A DNA stretch of 30,741 nucleotides from Chiloscyllium plagiosum (lineage: Eukaryota). The translations under genes were made by a program, and so were the position numbers. The stretch's first letter is position 1; each line of letters starts with the position of its first letter. Under the pieces are notes generated by a model that saw nothing but the letters and a program-made list of their open reading frames with translations, had not been told where the DNA came from and searched no databases. Shown piece after piece: positions 12,291 through 23,689 of this stretch. The DNA lies in assembly GCF_004010195.1 (NCBI RefSeq), contig NC_057753.1, forward strand, positions 4,476,060 through 4,506,800. The letters run 5' to 3'.

Positions 12291-12800
12291 GTCGCTCTTG
12301 CGTTGCATTGGTAGTATTCTTACCTCTGGACCAGAATTCAGGGTTCAAGTTTCACCTGTTCTGGAGATGTATAATAGCAGCGGTGAACAGGTTGATTAGA
12401 AAAATATATTTAGAAAAAAATACATGGAATGTGATGGGGCCCAGCTGTGGCACAGTGGACTGGGAGGTCCACTTTCAAGTCCCACCTGCTCCAGATCTAT
12501 GTTACAACATCCCTAAACAGGTTGATTAGAAAAATTGGTTCAATGTTTTCAAAGTGCGGCTTGCCAAGAGCTCTTGTGTTGCAGTGTTTGTATCATTACC
12601 TTTAAGACAGGAGGCCCGGATTCAAGTCCAGTCTGCTCCAGAAGTGTGCAATATATGATATGAAAATAGATTTTAAAAGAATGAGGCATGTTGGGCTCGT
12701 TTTGAAAAGTGGTATTGTTCTGACATCTGGACTTGGAGACCTAGATTCAAGTCACACCCGTTAAATTGATGTCTAATAATATCTGTGAACAGACTGAAAA
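12291..12800 (+). repeat. Four degenerate tandem tRNA-like/SINE-head units of about 125-145 bp
   Basis: Units near 12291, 12438, 12568 and 12693, each with TTCAAGT; units 1 and 2 share AACAGGTTGATTAGAAAAAT. Confidence 0.7.
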
Positions 12801-12801
12801 G

Positions 12802-12879
12802 ACACACACACACACACACACCACACACACACACACACACCACCACCACCACACACACACACCACACACACACACACAC
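12802..12879. repeat. Compound (CA)n/(CAC)n microsatellite
   Basis: Seen directly. Confidence 0.95.
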
Positions 12880-12899
12880 ATATTCTGCAGTTGGGGCAC

Positions 12900-13497
12900 T
12901 AACCATAGAAGTTGGCAAGTAATGGTGCAAAAGTGTTAAACAGTAATGAGGCCAAACTTGGAGTACCCAACACGGTCCTGGTGGCAGCATTATAGGAAGG
13001 ATGCAGCGGGGTGGAGAGGATGCAGAAGAGTCTTGCCAGGCTATTGCTTGGGTTGGAGTGTATTATTCATAAGGGGAGGTTGGAAATACTTGGATTACTT
13101 TCACTAGAGTGTCAGAGGTTAATGGGTGACATTATACAATATCTAAAATTATGAGGTGAATACATAGAGTGAGTAGTCAGCGTGTCTTTCACAGAGTGAA
13201 AATGTCAAACACATAGGTTTATGGAGAGAAGGGATAAGTTTTAAGGAGCTGTTTGAGGGAAGTGTTTCTTTATGAGAGAGGTTACTAAGTGCATGGAGTG
13301 GGTCGCCATGGGGAAGTGGTAGAAGTAGACATGATAGCAAAGGGTAAGAGGCACTTAGATAGACAAGTGAACATGCAGAGAATCGACGAATATAGACCAT
13401 GTACAGGCAAATGGGATTAGTTCAGAATGACATCATGTTAGCACAGAAATGTGGGCTGAAGGGCCTTTTCTTCTATTGTATCATACTGTTCTATATC
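12900..13497 (+). mobile_element. Decayed CR1-type LINE 3' end in the GPCR intron
   Basis: TATAGGAAGGAT...GGAGAGGATGCAGAAGAG (resembles YRKD..LERVQRR); tail GGGCTGAAGGGCC...GTTCTAT. Confidence 0.75.
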
Positions 13498-14608
13498 TGA
13501 ATCATCCAGAGCTTCTTTAGATCATCTTTACCATGACAATCCCACCGACATTTGTGCCACCAACCTTGTGCCTGATTCTGGAGTTAAAGCATTAATCCCT
13601 CCTGCACAAGAACCGACAGGTACCGTTGCTGAACACACGGAGGATGTTTTTGACACAGTGATGCCATGTGATTTTGTCCCAAATCAGGATAAATAAAAGG
13701 GTGAACGTCCGATATTAGTTATCTCTTTTACCTCCTTCCATTGTCCTTCAATGCTGCAGAGATTTAGAGTTTGTAATTTCTCGAAGCAACTGGCAGCTCA
13801 TGAATGATATATTACCTCGTAATTTTGGAAAGCAAAATATACGCTGAGGTATCTCCTCTAAATATGAATAAGCATATTTAAAGATCATCCATTTCTGTGT
13901 TTGGTTGTGAAGATCAAATATTTTCAAGATTAGTGGACATGACTCTAGTGAATATGTGCGTAAGAAGAAAAGTAACTTCTGTTTTACATCTCCTCGAATA
14001 AAGGAAACTATTTTTGAAATTCGAATTTTGATTATTGTTAATTAATTCTTGCCAGATTCATGCGAGTTACGGTGTTTGAATATATCAATCACTCCCTGAA
14101 ATTTTGAACTGATTTAATTTGCATTGAAATACTCTTATTGATGATCAATAAACTGGCAAGGCATTTCTTACAGTTTGCATTTTTGATAAGCACAGATTTC
14201 ATTCTTTTTTACAGTTCAATATTTCTACAAATACTTCCATCATTCCTCTACCTCCACGTTAATTAACCCTGACAACATCAAATATTGAAGTAAATTTGCT
14301 TCTTTTGTCCTGCTACAGATTTGTGTTATGTTCTTAAATTTCCACAATTAATATTTTCATCAATTTCAAATAGGTACCCTTACTTTACATGTTTTGTATT
14401 CCTTTACCATTAAGCAGGACAAGTCAATATCCATGATAAGTACTAACTTGTGCTCATCCAATATCTGATTCTCCTTCCCTACCTGGTATTTATGGTTGTG
14501 TAACATCCTGTACCAAAATTGAAATAATTTGAAAACTCCAACACATATATTCTTGTTCCTTGTACTTGTCATATGTGGTTAATTCATATCTTCTGTCTTT
14601 CTTCTTAG

Positions 14609-15510
14609 TTAATTTAGTGGCGATTTTCATCCTCTTCAAAGGACGGTGTGGTCTCTCTAAATGTGTCACTTGCTACCTGGTATCGATGTCCGTGACAGAT
14701 CTCTTGGTAATCGTAACTGCAGTGCTATTAAACAGGATTCCTGGCATTTATTTTCCTGGTAGCTTCCTGTCAATTACCCCCATATGCAGTCTAACCATTG
14801 CTTTAATTTATGCATGCAGAGACAGTTCTGTGTGGTTGACAGTTGCATTCACTGTTGATCGATTTGTGGCTATTTGTTGCATGAAGTTCAAAACAAAATA
14901 TTGTACTGATAAAATAGCAACTTTCATTATAGGAACAATATGTTCATTAGGATGTCTAAAAAGTGTTCCTTGGTATTTTATACATGAACCAATTTACCTA
15001 GTTAATGATGTCCCATGGTATTGCGCTGTGAGAAAAATCCGTTACACTTCTATAGTGTGGAGAGCATTTGACTGGTTTGACCGTATTTTGACACCAATTA
15101 CACCATTCTTTCTCATCCTTCTGCTGAATGTTCTGACTGTCAGATATATTGTAGCAACTAGTAGATCCCGCCAGAGGCTCCGAGCCATCAGCAGTAACGC
15201 GAATCAGATGGACCCAGAAATGGAGAGCCGAAGAAAATCTATTATTTTACTGTTTGCTGTTTCAGGCAGTTTCATCTTATTGTGGATGGCATATGTCATA
15301 CAGTTTTTATATGAGCGATTTACAAATAATTACCAGATCAGAGGCCTTAGCGATCCAAAGTTTCTTCTCCAAGAAAGTGCAAATATGCTCCAGCTACTGA
15401 GTTCTTGCACCAACACATTTATTTACGCTATAACTCAACGGATGTTCAGACAGGAGGTAAAGAATCTGTCCAAATATTTACTGAGCTTTTTAATCATATC
15501 ACGGAAATAA
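14609..15510 (+). CDS. Exon 2 of GPR139/GPR142-like class A orphan GPCR (323 aa spliced)
   Basis: Acceptor tcttctgtctttcttcttAG|TT; open frame with TM1 VNLVAI, TM2 YLVSMSVTDLL, TM3 SVWLTVAFTVDRFVAIC, TM5 PFFLILLLN, TM6 FILLW, TM7 NTFIY. Confidence 0.9.
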
Positions 15511-15599
15511 TGCAAGTACAAACCATGCTTTCATTTGACACGTGAGGATGAGTGATAGAACATTTCAGATCTCATGGAACAATGAACTAACCCAAATTG

Positions 15600-15845
15600 T
15601 CCAGGGTATAGCTGAAAGTCAATATTGCTGAGGGTCTGGAGATTTATATCGGCCACACTGTGCAGGAATTGCAGATGTTGCTCCCTCAACAACATGAATG
15701 AGTCTCTTTGTTTTTCTTAAATCAATGGGCGCCACAAGGTTGTTGCTCAATTGCTTTCTTTCAAATGAATTCAAATGTGCTGTCGTGGGGTTCAAACAAT
15801 GCTGCCAGCTCACTAAACGGCGTTCTGAGGACCATACCTGTGGTA
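15600..15845 (-). mobile_element. Possible very old SINE remnant
   Basis: Weak similarity (TGAATTCAAAT...GTGGGGTTCAAAC) to the copies at 10190 and 25190. Confidence 0.3.
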
Positions 15846-15953
15846 TCAACCTGAGACTATTATTTCGCCTTGGACTGTGAGAACACTGTCAAATTTTAGA
15901 TGAGTTAATATTTTACTGGCTCTTCGAGTGATATTTGCTGTATTGTCTACAAG

Positions 15954-16156
15954 GAGAAAGTGAGGTCTGCAGACGCTGGAGATCAAAGCTGAAACTTTAT
16001 TGCTGGAACAGCACAGCAGGTCAGGCAGCATCCAGGGAACAGGAGATTCGACGTTTCGGGCACATTTCCTGAAGAAGGGCATGTGCCCGAAACGTCGAAT
16101 CTCCTGTTCCCTGGATGCTGCCTGACCTGCTGTGCTGTTCCAGCAATAAAGTTTCA
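15954..16156. mobile_element. Palindromic non-autonomous PLE derivative with 14-bp TSD
   Basis: Perfect inverted arms 15989-16065 and 16081-16157; direct repeat GTATTGTCTACAAG at 15940-15953 and 16157-16170. Confidence 0.88.
16066..16100 (+). ncRNA. Minimal type I hammerhead ribozyme motif
   Basis: TTC-CTGAAGA-A-GGGC-ATGT-GCCC-GAAAC-GTC-GAA: CUGANGA box, helix II, GAAA box, GUC cleavage triplet and 3-bp helix I. Confidence 0.7.
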
Positions 16157-17023
16157 GTATTGTCTACAAGCCCCCATCCACCATCCACATACAATCGAAA
16201 ATGGGTCTTTCTTGACGACATTATCTACCATAGATGAATCCCCACTCCACATGGACAGAGGTTGCCCTTTGGAATTGAGTAAGGAACAGGAATTATTATT
16301 AGTAATTGTAGTATTTGCATTGTCACACTCATCACAGTAGTATGGATCTCCAATAAACCACATACGACATTATTGTTTTGAATAATTCCATGTAAAGTCA
16401 AAATTCACAAACTGAGTATGAAGTCTGCGTGGCAGTCCTGGGGAATAAAAAGCATTGACTCGTTTTGGCAATCCAGAGCTACCTGTCCAAAATTAAGACA
16501 AAGTTAATTATTTTCTGATACCAGACAACTTCACCAGTCATACACATTTGACAAATGATGTGTAGAAGTGGAAGTATGAATTTGAGGAGGAATGGGAAAA
16601 AATGTATTTTATTTCAATAGAAAGATATTTAAGAACTTGGTGGTGGGGAGCTATCTAGATTTCTTGGATCATGGACGACAAAATGTTAGTTCCGAAGTAT
16701 AAAACTGACCAAGAAGGTGGATGTAATGTTGATGTTTCTTTCAAAATGGAGTGTGTAACAAATTGGCCAAACGTTTTATGTTTTGTTTTTGATTTACACT
16801 GGGCCAATGTGAGATGCATCGGCTGTACTTGCGTTAATGTTGGCCACCTTATTTGAAAATAAAATTGAATTATGTTCAAAATAGTTTGTAGCAAATCTAC
16901 TTTCCTGAAACTAGATGTCCATGTTCTGAACAACATGTTGGGCCTGTGCATATTAGCATTTAGAAGATATGGGATAATCCTTCTGAGAAAGAGAGAGAGA
17001 AGCTAACAGGGTAGCCACTAAGC

Positions 17024-17328
17024 AAGGCATGATAGTTCAGTGATTAGCACTGCTGCCTCGCAACACTCGGGACCTGGGTTCAATTCCTGCCTTGGGTGAC
17101 TGTCTGGAAGGCATTTGCACATTCTCCCCATGTCTGTGTGGGTTTTCCTCCTGCAATCCAATGATCTGCGGGTTATGGTGAATTAGTAATGCTAAATTAC
17201 CAATAGAGTTAGGTGAATTAGTCAGGGGTCAATATACTCTACAGAAATCGCTCTGGGTGGATTACTGTTCGGAGGGTGGTCTGGACTTGTTGGGCCAAAG
17301 GGCTGGTTTCCGTACTGTGGGTAATCTA
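17024..17328 (+). mobile_element. HE1-like V-SINE, diverged
   Basis: GGGTTCAATTCC B-box, TTTGCACATTCTCCCCATGTCTG, tail GGGCTGGTTTCCGTACTGT. Confidence 0.82.
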
Positions 17329-17329
17329 A

Positions 17330-17625
17330 ACGGCAGGAGACTTTTTTTTTCTTTAAGAGGTAGGAGATATTTTAAGAATACGAACTATCTTTTTAGGATG
17401 GAGCAGAGGTTTTTTTTGTCTAAAACGATCATTAGTCTGTGGAATGCTGGTCCACGGGCAGCTTTGGGAGGCATTGTTTGTCATGGCAGTCTTGATATTT
17501 GCAGATAGGGAAGCTATCAGAATATTTGAAGATAAAACAGTTAGTTCGCTCATCTAAATGATTAATATACATGGTGACTAACTGGGCTGTAAGCTAAATG
17601 AAAAATATGTGTTCATTCCTACTCT
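17330..17625 (+). mobile_element. Old CR1-type 3' fragment
   Basis: Translates as FRMEQRFFLSKTIISLWNA, resembling the CR1 ORF2 C-terminus. Confidence 0.5.
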
Positions 17626-17729
17626 TTGTCTTGCTGTCAATTGTGACGGTGCTGTAACTTTAACAAGGGTATTTTGGCCTTGGGTCTTTTTTTAAAAGAG
17701 AGGTCGTAAAGGCAGAGGTTCTGAAGGGC

Positions 17730-19785
17730 AGGGGTTTCTGGGAGTAATTCAGGAGATACAGCAGAGACTCATCCCAAGGAATGACAAGCATGGTAGGGAG
17801 GATGAGGCAACCATGGCTGGCTAGGGAAGTGAGAGATAGCATAGAAGCAAAAGGCAAGATTGTACTGTGGTGAAGTGAAGTGGGACACAACAGGACTGGG
17901 AAGCTTACAAAAACTAACAGAGGGTAATAAAAAATAGGGGGAAGGTTAAGTATGAGGGTAAGCTAGCAAAGAATACAAAGGAAGACTGTAAGAGACTCTT
18001 TACAGATATACAGGGCAAAGGAGAGACAAAAGTGGATATTGTGACCCTGGAAAGTGACGCTGGAGGGATAGTAGTGGGAAACAAGGAAATGGCTGAGGAA
18101 CTACATAATTACTTCGCGTCAATCATCATGGTGGAAGGCACGAGTAATATCCCAAAACTTCAAGAGGGTGAGGGGGCAGAGCTGGGTATGGTAGCTTAAC
18201 CAAGGAGAAGGTGCTGGGAAAACTGAATGGCTTAAAGGTGAATAAATCACGTAGACCAGCTGGACTACACCCCAGAGTTCTAAGGGAGATAGCTGAAGAG
18301 ATAGTGGAGGCATTGTTGGTGATCTTTCAGGAATGACTAGAAAGAGGGAAGGTCCCAGAGGACTAAGCCAATTGCTGATATGACACCCCTGTTTAAAGAG
18401 GGAATAAGGCAAAGACAGGAAATTACTGACCAATTAACCTTAAGTCGGTCATGAGTAAGATCCTGGAATCCATTGTGCAAATGAGATTTCTGAATACTTG
18501 GAAGTATATGGTAAAATTAGGCAAAGTCAGCATGGTTTCACCAAGGGGAGGTCATGTCTGACAAAACTGCGAGAATGCTTTGAGGAAGTAGCAAGTAGGT
18601 TAGACCAAGGAGAACCAATGGATGTCATCTACCTGAACTTCAGGAAGGTCTTTTACAAGATGCCGCACAGGAGGCTACTGAGAAAGATGAGAGCCCATGA
18701 TGTTCAAGGCAAGGTGCGAGCATGGATAGAAGTCTGGCTGCCTGGTAGAAAGTAGAGAGTGGGGATAAAAGGGTCCGTCTCAGGATGGCAGTTGGTGACA
18801 AGTGATGTTCTACAAGGCTCCATGTAGGTACCACAACTTTTCACTTTATACATTAACGATCTAGATGAAGGAACTGAGGCAATTCCAGCTAAGATTGTCG
18901 AAGATACGAAGATAGGTAGAGGGACAAATAGCATTGAAGAGACGGGAAGGATGCAGAAGGATTCGGACAGTTTAAGAGAGTGGGCAAAGAAGTGGCAGAT
19001 GACGTACAACGTGGGAAAGTGTAAGGTTATTCACTTTGGTAGGAAGAATATTCTCCAAAATTGCACACAGGCATGGATCATTCTTCTAAATGGGGAGAAA
19101 TGCCAGGAATATGAAGTGCAAAGACAGTTCAAGTTCAACTTGCAGGCTGAGTCAATAGTTAAGAAGGCAAATGCAATGGTGGCATTTCTTTTTAGATGAT
19201 TTGAATATACAACAGGGATGTACTTCTTAGGCTCCATAAGGATGTGGCCAGACCACTTTTAGAATATTGTGCGCAGTTTTGGGCCCTATATCTCAGCAAG
19301 GATATACTGGCCCCGGACAGTGTTCAGAGGAGGTTGGCAAGAATCGTTCTCGGAATGGAATGCTTAACATGTCAGGAAAGCTTGAGGACTCTGGGTGTAT
19401 ACTTGATAGATGGATGAGGGAAGATCTAATTGAAACATAAATACTACTGAGTGGCCTGGACTAAATAGATATTGGGAAGATGTTTCCACTAGTGTGAGAG
19501 ACTAGGACCTGAAGACACAGACTTTAGCGTAAAGTTTAGATCTTTAGAACGGCAATCCTCTTCAACCAAAGGGTGATGAAAGTATGGAATTCATTGCCAC
19601 AGAAGGCTGCGGAGGCCAGTCATTGAGTATGTTTAAGATGGAGTTAGATAGGTTCTTGAGAATCATAGGGATCAAGGATTATGTGGAGAAAGCGGAAGAA
19701 CGGTTTTGAAAAACTTACCAGCAATGATTGAATGGCAGAGCAGACTCAAGAGGCTGACCGGTCTAATGTCTGCTCCTACATCTTA
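17730..19785 (+). mobile_element. CR1-type LINE, about 2 kb of disrupted ORF2 (RT) plus 3' UTR
   Basis: LHPRVLRE, SQHGFTKGRSCLT, MDVIYLNFRKVFYKMPH, WAKKWQMTYNVGKCKVIHFG; many stops. Confidence 0.9.
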
Positions 19786-20108
19786 TTCGATTCCCTACAG
19801 TGTGGAAACAGGCCCTTCGGCCTAACCAATCCACACTGACCCTCCGAAGACCAACCCACCCAGATCTATTCCCCTACACCTACCCCTGACTAATGCACCT
19901 AACACTACAGGCAATTTAGCATGGCCAATTCACCAAACCTGCACATCTTTGAACTGTGGGAGGAAACCGGAGCACCCGGAGGAAACCCACGCAGACACGG
20001 GGAGAATGTGCAAACTCCACATAGACAGTCACCTGAGGCTGCAGTTGAACCCAGGTCCCAAGCGCTGTGAGGCAGCAGTGCTAACCACTGAGCCACCGGG
20101 CCGCCCCA
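19786..20108 (-). mobile_element. Well-preserved HE1-like V-SINE
   Basis: Complete reverse-complement V-domain gtgggaggaaaccggagcacccggaggaaacccacgcagacacggggagaatgtgcaaactccac, plus head and tail. Confidence 0.9.
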
Positions 20109-20248
20109 TGAGGCACCGTGCCGCCCCATGAGCCACCGGGCCGCCCCATGAGGCACCGTGTCGCCCCATGAGCCACCAGGCCGCCCCATGAGGCACCGTG
20201 CCGCCCCATGAGCCACCGGGCCGCCCCATGAGGCACCGTGCCGCCTTA
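20089..20248. repeat. GC-rich minisatellite, 8 x 20 bp with an alternating 40-bp dimer
   Basis: TGAGCCACCGGGCCGCCCCA alternates with TGAGGCACCGTGCCGCCCCA. Confidence 0.95.
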
Positions 20249-20719
20249 TGGTATTATGTGTCTTGGAACAACCTCGATGAACAATGGCAGGGGAATGGCC
20301 AGTTCTCCCAATTCAGATTTACTCTGGTTTGGTTTAGCTGTGGCAGTCACAAAATACTGGAGTCCAGGAAAGATGACAGCTTCAGCAAATGTTTCTTGAC
20401 TGAATTTCTCTCTGAAACCTCTTCAGCTGCCTGTAAGAACCTGTGTTTGAATTTACCTTTATGCCAGGGAATGTGTTTATGTGATGTTACTGCATTCGAA
20501 CAATTCAAATAGCTAAGTTATTCTAAATCCCGTTTCCTTTTGTTCTTATTTCAACTATAGAGTTTAAATAAGTTCTAATTTGGTTAAAGGCGAGTGATTT
20601 GACACGTTGCATCATACCTGCAATATCCATTTCACATCTGCCTTTAATACAAGGAATAGTTAGGGTTTAAGCTACCTTCTTTAAACAGTTTGAGGGGCTC
20701 TGACCTTGTCCATAACAAA

Positions 20720-21135
20720 GGAGATCTCGATCCACGACAGTACACTACTCCCAATCCACTGCCCTTCAATTTTCGCTAACCTCTAACGTGGTACATGGAA
20801 AGCCTTTTGAAAATCGAAGTAAACATCGCCACACATTCCACCTTATGACCTCTATTGAATACAGCCTTTGAAAATTTTCAGAAAATTTGTGAAGCATGAT
20901 TTTTCCTTTCATAAATCCATTTGGGCTGATTTTGCCTAATCCTCTCACTGATTTCCAAGTTCCCTGCTATCATGTATGTTGCAATGAGCTCCAGTATTTT
21001 TCTTACTACCGATGTCAGGATCACCAGTCTATAACTTTCTGTTTTCTCTGTAACTGCTTTTCAAAAAAACTGATAAGGCTGCATTAGCTATCCACCAATC
21101 CACATAAACTGTTCTAAGTTCTTTAGAATATTGAT
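20720..21135 (-). mobile_element. Decayed CR1 RT fragment
   Basis: Minus strand resembles the GFMKGKSCLTN and DFQKAFD motifs, with frameshifts. Confidence 0.65.
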
Positions 21136-21796
21136 GGGCAGAAATTCTAGCATGTGCCTCATGTGTCTCTTGTCAGTAGCCGAATTCATGCTCAGTCCCT
21201 GGAAACCAAATTCATTTGTGGTTTTTTCTATCTTTTCAGACTGAGGGAATGAATGTGTTCCATTGTGCTGTCATACTCTGTTTAAATAGATCTCTTTATT
21301 TTTTCACATGAAACTTATCCAAAAGTCTGCTTGTTCAGTTGTGAAAATCATGGCAGTGAACGACGCAAAATCATTCAGTGCACACTGGAACACTCCCTCA
21401 ACAATCCTTTTCCAATATTAGGCATATCCGATTATTCATCTAAAGAAATGGCTTCAGTGATTTCATCACAAATCCATTTTTAAAAGCTAACACTTCCACC
21501 GTTCAACATCTCAAGTGGTTGAATGATGATCTGCAGAAAGAGCAAACCCAGAGGAGCAATATGAAAGTAATGGTCCTGTTGGACATGCTGAAGAATTTTC
21601 TTTACATTCCCTTTGCTGAAAAGACCACCCTTAGAGAATCATCCAGTTAATATAAAGAGAGAATAACCTTTACATTCGCCTCGGGATGGCTCACCACTAA
21701 AGTTGACAGCGGAAATTGTACTTCCAATGTCTACCTCTCTTTCAGATGAACCTTTTCCACCTTTTTAACTCACTGCCACTGCTGGTTATTTTCATG

Positions 21797-22500
21797 TGTA
21801 GAAACAGGCCCTTCGGCGTACCACGTTAATGTTGACTAGCAAATACCAAACTATACTAATGCTATTTACCTGCACTTGATCCGTAACCTACTACATCCTG
21901 GCATTTTAAACGTCTTCACTGTTCTCTCAGGAAACACGTTCCATATTTCTCCAAACCTGTGTGTGGCTTCTTTTTTTTCAGATTTTTTTCTAAACCATTT
22001 ACTTCTCACTTTAAATTTGTGCCCACTCGTTTCAGACACATCTGCCATGGGATAAGATTATTATGATCTACGCTATCTATGTTTCTCAGAATTTTGCATA
22101 CATTAAACAAATGAAAACTCGCCATCCTCTTTTCCACAGAAAACAAACACAGCCTATCCAGTCTGTGTCATAATTAAAATTTTTGATCCCTGGCAACATC
22201 CCAGTGAATCTCCGTACCTCCTCTCCATCGCAATTCTGTCCTTCTGATACTCTGACGACCAGAACTGCATATAGATATTCCATCTGTGGTCTAATTAATA
22301 GTTTACGAAGTTATAACACGACTTCCTTGCTCTAATATCTTACATCCCAGCTAATATAGGTAAGCATCCCATGTGTCTTCTTCACTATTAAGTCTACCAG
22401 TGCTGATACCTTCAGCATTTGTACACCAAAGTCCTTTCGTTCCTCAGTATTCCCTAGGGACCTACAATTCGTTATATATAACATTAACTTATTCGACCTC
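21797..22500 (-). mobile_element. Decayed CR1-type 3' fragment
   Basis: Starts gtagaaacaggcccttcgg (reverse-complement tail); RRFTGMLPG and GHKFKVR remnants. Confidence 0.7.
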
Positions 22501-23689
22501 TTTGCATTTAGAGTGAGCTGAGTTTTATGCTTCCAATAACATCTACTTCCTATGCATGTCTTGTCTCTCCTTGAATGATAACCAACAAATTTACCTTTGG
22601 TCCTGTTAGCCTTTATCTTTGTCTGGTAATCTCACTCGCCTTTGAACATTTCTTTTATCTTCTTTTCTATTCTCTTTGCTCCTCCATACCTTTTTTGCAC
22701 ACTATAAATCTCACTACTTTCCCCACTGTCCATTCAGCTTCAGAGTCGTTTTCGATTCAGAATAATAATTCAATTTCTGAAGGAACAGTTGCCATCAGAC
22801 CTGTCGAATGTCGCCAGCCATTAATTTATGAAAACAAATATTTTAAGAGGACATATCAATGAAGACGTGGGTTGGAATAAATATAAAATGAACAGAACAC
22901 TACACCTTGACGCAGTTCCAGTTATGCATCCGTGAGTAAACTGCTCCTCGGGCAGCAATGAACAGAAATCTTACTGCTGGTGACAAATGGTGAAACACTG
23001 CCACATCCCAAATCCCCACAAGAAATCTCTTCTCCACTACAAACTCTTCAGATGCACCTGTATGTCAAGTATTAATGCCACAAACACGTTGATGTATCAC
23101 CAATTCAATCCTTTCAAAATATATGCCTCATGTTTGTATTGAACACACAGTAAAAAGCCTTTCTAACATACCTGTTGGAATACTGCTTTCTACAGCTCAT
23201 TGACTCAACATTTAGTCAACTGCTTCATTCATGCCAAGGGCCATCAATCTCACTCTCCTGAGATTTTCAGGTTTATTTTTGTTCATATTTAGTAGAGGTT
23301 GGTAATGAACTGTTGAGGTGAGGAACACGTTTGGAATCTAAATGGGAGCATTGTTTAATTGCTTACAACTGTACAAGCAAGAGTTGATTGCAATGCTACT
23401 GCCTGGATCATATTGCCGATAGACATGAGTTTAAATGAGCAAGAAATTATCACTGTCGACTGCTCTTAATTTTTCTGCATGGTGCCACCTGAACAATGTT
23501 GTTGAATTTCATCTAGCAGCAAGTGATATTGCTGTATTGGTAAGACTTCATGACAAAGTTCCAAATAATGTTGCCAGGGCCCAACAACTTTCCCTTGTTC
23601 AGCTCCAGGCTGAAAGGATTAATCTCTGATACAAAAGACTGCAATGATAGCGAAGATACATTGTCTTATTAATGATAAATAAGGTCACA

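Larger units (their letters stand above)
17642..20717 (+). mobile_element. Probable solo LTR (pieces about 17642-17728 and 20249-20717) split by nested CR1 and SINE insertions
   Basis: Starts TGTGACGG and ends TTTGAGGGGCTCTGACCTTGTCCATAACA; the 3' part is similar to 25600-25797 and 26940-27012. No TSD found. Confidence 0.45.

Noticed and set aside
12673..12990. Cys/Val-rich ORF (and the His/Thr-rich ORFs at 1442-1768)
   Set aside because: Translation of (CA)n microsatellites and SINE sequence.
14560..14608. ORF-track N-terminus of the GPCR (MYLSYVVNSYLLSFFL)
   Set aside because: Starts at TTG and reads through the intron polypyrimidine tract; the AG acceptor at 14607-14608 and the upstream exon explain the gene better.
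20089..20248. CRISPR-like appearance of regular repeats (also 12291-12800 and 29712-29781)
   Set aside because: The minisatellites have no spacers, the 12291 units are too long and divergent, there are no cas genes, and the context is vertebrate.
21690..22760. Possible very old PLE termini near 21690-21795 and 22640-22760
   Set aside because: Too degenerate; no intact CTGANGA/GAAA pair.
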